NCBI GenBank assembly: GCA_051546255.1
Contig: CP128815.1
Location: 248,001 to 312,000, forward strand
From: Meyerozyma guilliermondii
Taxonomy: Eukaryota
DNA: 64,000 nt
Direction of reading: 5' to 3'
Shown here: positions 61,201 to 64,000 of the stretch, one piece after another
How positions within the stretch are numbered: the first letter of the stretch is position 1
How the letters are laid out: each line of letters starts with the position of its first letter
Program-made: the position numbers and the translations under genes
The notes under the pieces: model-generated
Databases searched by the model: none
The model's input: the letters and a program-made list of their open reading frames with translations, nothing else
What the model was told of the DNA's origin: nothing

Positions 61201-62830
61201 CTCTAAGAGTTCCACTAGGGATTTCGTCGTAAGATGAAGGATCTGTATCAACCACATTTAATAAATTTCTGGTCAATGCCTCCTTATCAATTAGGACACC
61301 CGATAGTTCACTGGAAGAATCATCTTTTTCGTTTTCAAGGTCAATCCCCATCTTTTCTCTGCCTCCGAGCCAGTCGCGCAAAGAAATGACCATACCTCCA
61401 TATTCACTTAGAGTCAACATTGGTACGATTGCATTATCTGGCTGTTTGCAACCCAAAGGACGCAAATATCGCTTAGATAAAACCTTGATAAACTCGCCGT
61501 CTACTGTCAAGGCATTCACAAGCACCCACTTGACTGAAGAAAAATCGACTTTTTGGGTTTTAGAAAAATACCGGGTTGAATTAGGTGATTGTTGATAATC
61601 GTAGGTAACTCTCTTCAAGCCAATATAGTCACCAAGAAGTAATGAGGCCCTTAAGCGGGAAACAATGTTGGCGTAGAGACCCTGTACTTCCATCACAGAC
61701 TGTGGAGCCCAATAAAGGACATTCCCGGTATACACCGTGAAAAGGATACCGATAATTAAACCAATGGAGAATCGTACGTCCAAGGAAGCGAGAAACACCT
61801 TTCTGTTTCTGGTCACTTCCTTGTAGCTACGTCTCAAAGAACCTTCACACTCAGGCAAGCTCAGTAAGGTGGACTCAAGAGTGCACATTTGGTGCATGAG
61901 AGTGCGATGAGTCAAGGCAATGCCTCGAAGCTCACCCACTGGAGAACGCGAGAACTCGACGTAAGCCAAGTCCGCTCTGCCACCTTTTTCCAGCAGTGAA
62001 TCGTTACTCTTTGAGTGCCAGCTTGAAATTTCCGATTTTTTGGCCGACCCGAAATCTGTGGTTTTCCAGCGAGTTAGTTTCGTGGGCCAAGCTTGGCCCA
62101 ATCCCGGTCCGAGAAGTTTTTCGAGGTCTTTGAGCACTGCTTCTGAGTAGAGGACTAACTTGGAGGAGGTCAAGGCGACAATACTCAAAACTTCTTGGAA
62201 AGATATGTCTTGGTGGATGGGTATGGCGGTGACTCCTGCCATGAAACAACCGAAAAGCGCCGTTGCAAACTCGCATATCTCTCCCTCTTTGTAGTAGAGA
62301 ACTACCGAATCTGAGTCTTTCAATGTCAACTTGTGCATGATATCGTAGGCAATTTTGAGCGCTTTGGAATACAACTTCTCCCATGAGATCAGAGCAACAT
62401 CCTTACCTTTGTGGTCCACCACACAAAACGCAGGCTCTGTTTTGTAAAGAACAGCTCTATTCTTCAAGATTTTTGTTAATCGGTCTGTCACCAAGTCTTT
62501 AGCTCTATCTGGTGGACTCCGTGGCCACAATGGCTTTTCTAGTCGGGTCCCGTCCAAGGTAATTTCGTCTTTGTAGCTTTGATGGAGCCGGTTCACTGTC
62601 TGCATGATTTCCTCACGCCGATTGATGTATGTCCACTGATCTATGGTTTTGTTGATGGTAAAATCATCTTCTAACTGCTGGAGTAAAACCGCCATATCTG
62701 GAGGTATGTCATCAGGAAGTCTAGAAAGACCTGCTCCTGCTACAGAGTCGTTAGCCACATTTCCCACATCCGCAAGAGCTACGCTACTGGCCCTTTTCCG
62801 GCCCCCAGAAGTAGTACGGTTCAGATTCAT
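58223..62830 (-). CDS. CMR2: DIP2-family protein with tandem fatty acyl-AMP ligase-like domains (YOR093C-like)
   Basis: Two adenylation-like domains (AYVEFS...GELRG, GEIWIDSP, FLRTGLLGF; GEIWV, YLRTGDLGF, SRLGTKQR). ATG 62830. Confidence 0.88.
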   Translation of the reverse strand: MNLNRTTSGGRKRASSVALADVGNVANDSVAGAGLSRLPDDIPPDMAVLLQQLEDDFTINKTIDQWTYINRREEIMQTVNRLHQSYKDEITLDGTRLEKPLWPRSPPDRAKDLVTDRLTKILKNRAVLYKTEPAFCVVDHKGKDVALISWEKLYSKALKIAYDIMHKLTLKDSDSVVLYYKEGEICEFATALFGCFMAGVTAIPIHQDISFQEVLSIVALTSSKLVLYSEAVLKDLEKLLGPGLGQAWPTKLTRWKTTDFGSAKKSEISSWHSKSNDSLLEKGGRADLAYVEFSRSPVGELRGIALTHRTLMHQMCTLESTLLSLPECEGSLRRSYKEVTRNRKVFLASLDVRFSIGLIIGILFTVYTGNVLYWAPQSVMEVQGLYANIVSRLRASLLLGDYIGLKRVTYDYQQSPNSTRYFSKTQKVDFSSVKWVLVNALTVDGEFIKVLSKRYLRPLGCKQPDNAIVPMLTLSEYGGMVISLRDWLGGREKMGIDLENEKDDSSSELSGVLIDKEALTRNLLNVVDTDPSSYDEIPSGTLRVDAFGFPLPDATLAVVNPETAALVNKGELGEIWIDSPCLSGGFYGLKKESKLIFHAKCRDANGFLDMEFLRTGLLGFTFNGKVYVLGLYEDRIRQRISWHDQAIYKKLNKELVIGNGTRYHYSSHLLATLASEVRQLYDCTIFDVFIGQEYLPVAIVEAEVIRKVMNEASDSGSIDSSKKSSKSGEYLTQSYSPVPLNEPVLNAIAQKCFDTLFREHYLRLYCVLVVDCDTLPKIMRSGGREIANMLCKKRFLEGSLKAEFVKFFMQKSISMIPFGEDIIGGIWSPFDSKLRQSSLQQFPPQCTSIDAREKSFDEKTGAILTDFKSIVDVLKFRVASSGDSIAFQSIDSSGKVSSKPLTWKKLEARIYAVCSYLIEKAAIKPGKHVILMYSLSEEFIIAVYACMMCGIIPIPMLPFDTNRIGEDFPAFVGIVKDFDVQDILVNEEVEKFLKNGPVADALKKMNHQKRFKGQRIKNTGKLTKFSNIASLHSKIAKHQAAVNYRDTTTPALVWLNFTSDHYRVGATLTHKNIIGLCKVFKETCNLSSRSTIVGCVRHASGIGFVQAVLLGVFLGTTTYLCSPVSFAENPLAFFLAMARYKVKDVFVTEQMLKYAAIKFTPKGFDLSLLKNMMISTEGRIEIDLLRKISKVFQPTKLGAASMSTVYNHVFNPMIATRSYMSVAPVDLFLDPVALRQGFVSVVNQAEVPNALRVQDSGLIPVCSQIAIVNPETRELCHEGEFGEIWVNSEASLDSFTNGPNGPLDEVTKNQFNCKIVNGDPNMTYLRTGDLGFLHNVSITKNSVGNGPDTGPQFQSVQPLFVLGKIADTFEVMGLHHFPIDIENTIETCHNDIYRNGSCIFKCADYTIVVCECKRYRNLAALVPLIVNTVLSKHHLIVDIVAFIKKGEFPISRLGTKQRARIIDAWVQGVIPISALYGVNYGENAMIKMVKEVDEEALTHPITGLRNPATSYYDEELGGDVFNGTAASLTLNEMYG

Positions 62831-62959
62831 ACCCGCTGCCGTCCAGCGATATTCGCTCTTTTCTGACACAAGAGAACGTCTGGGGTTTGGTGCGACATTT
62901 TTCGTAGCGAGCGGCGGCTAAACTGGTGCGATGAGATGGTAATTGTAGCCAGTTCTAAT

Positions 62960-64000
62960 ATGCTACGACCGGATCGAATATGGCTCTGTGGGAAATATCA
63001 AACTGCCAGAACACTCTATGTGGTGGGAAACAAGTCAAAACGTCGAAATCCGTCACTAGAGGATTGGGCACGGCTGGATTCCGATCGAAAAATGAAGTTG
63101 CAACAACAAGAATATAACAGAAAACTCAAAGAACTCAAGAATTTGACTGCTAATGTGTCCAAAATGATAAGCAAGAAGAGTGAAAAGGAAGTAGAGCGGT
63201 CACAAATACAGAGCACTGAACCTTCACCAGAAACCCTGACACAGCTAACTCAAAAAAACGATTCCCAACGACTTGACTTTCTTGCTAAAAAATCGCTTTT
63301 CATTCCCGTGGTAGATATTCCAGCCTCGGTATCCGATCGTATTGGTCTCGCTTTCAAGTATTTGGTATCGAAAAGTAGCCAAAATTGGAGTATGGTTTTG
63401 GACCAGCTAGAAAAAAATGGTGGTTTCAAAGATATTCCATCAAAAGACATACGAAAGTTTGTATACCAGATCCCAAAGCCCCATATTCCTCCTATTATCT
63501 CAAGACTAAAAAAGATGCATCATGATGCTGGGGTGCCAGTTTCGCCGAAATTGGTTAATGTCTTCATCGACTCGCTTTTGTTATCACCTTCGATTCCATC
63601 GAGCGTCATGAGTCAGATAGAATCTTATTGCGATTCGATTCGCTCTACTTCGAAAAAAGGCAGACTTCCCCGTGAAACCTACGAACTTTTGATTAGAGCG
63701 TATGGTAAGAACTCCAATTTGGAAATGGTGAATTCAATCCTAACTGAAATGAAACAAGTTGGCTTACAGCCATCGAAGAATACTTTCGAAAACATACTTG
63801 CCACATCTGTATATAAGTCCAAGGACCACAAGCAAGCAGTCGAAGTATTCGATACAATGAAGTTCCTATCTGACAAGACGAAACCAGCAGAAAGGGCCTA
63901 CAGAGACATTATTGTCTCGTACGTTAACAACGATGATATCGAGAAAGCATTGGATCTCTATAACGAAATGGTTGAAAACAAGGTTGAAGTTTCTCAACAA
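62960..64000 (+). CDS. CCM1: Mitochondrial PPR protein (Ccm1/Dmr1-like), 3'-truncated; absent from the ORF track
   Basis: My translation from ATG 62960 is open to the window end: MLRPDRIW...RIGLAFKYLVSK...DIRKFVYQIPK, then PPR repeats TYELLIRAYGKNSNLEMVNSILTEMKQVGLQPS and AYRDIIVSYVNNDDIEKALDLYNEM. Confidence 0.78.
   Translation, partial: MLRPDRIWLCGKYQTARTLYVVGNKSKRRNPSLEDWARLDSDRKMKLQQQEYNRKLKELKNLTANVSKMISKKSEKEVERSQIQSTEPSPETLTQLTQKNDSQRLDFLAKKSLFIPVVDIPASVSDRIGLAFKYLVSKSSQNWSMVLDQLEKNGGFKDIPSKDIRKFVYQIPKPHIPPIISRLKKMHHDAGVPVSPKLVNVFIDSLLLSPSIPSSVMSQIESYCDSIRSTSKKGRLPRETYELLIRAYGKNSNLEMVNSILTEMKQVGLQPSKNTFENILATSVYKSKDHKQAVEVFDTMKFLSDKTKPAERAYRDIIVSYVNNDDIEKALDLYNEMVENKVEVSQQ

Noticed and set aside
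62740..62832. Possible intron GTATGA...GCTAAC...TAG at the CMR2 5' end
   Set aside because: Splicing would remove ATG 62830, there is no upstream in-frame ATG, and the ATG 62898 exon would be out of frame.

Overview
A gene-dense, intron-poor eukaryotic (budding yeast) chromosomal segment with about 33 protein-coding genes. CTG falls at normally Ser positions of conserved proteins (RNase H2A, Ste23, NUP family), indicating a CUG-Ser clade yeast; a Meyerozyma/Debaryomycetaceae-like species is inferred. The supplied translations therefore misread CTG as Leu. Most genes are housekeeping: YJU2, LAT1, RNH201, FLX1, TOM7, INP52/53, YAF9, a SEC23 paralog, MSK1, BEM2, OXA1, SMC6, GUD1, SSR1/CCW14, RBF1, RAV2, STE23, VPS45, SOD3, CTI6, CSR1, NUP1, CMR2/DIP2 and a partial CCM1. 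I found no rRNA, tRNA, CRISPR or intact transposon. Highlights: (1) a cytosolic Mn-SOD and a siderophore transporter share a ~280-bp divergent promoter with tandem Mac1-type copper elements; (2) two signal-peptide-bearing NUP-family genes sit next to guanine deaminase, a candidate extracellular purine-scavenging cluster; (3) a 45-nt stop-containing intron at the domain boundary of TFC7 could yield a free phosphatase or the full TFIIIC subunit; (4) SMC6 has a 5' exon missed by the ORF track; (5) Puf3 elements follow several mitochondrial genes and an orphan ORF at the PET122-syntenic position. All gene identities come from recalled motifs, not database searches.
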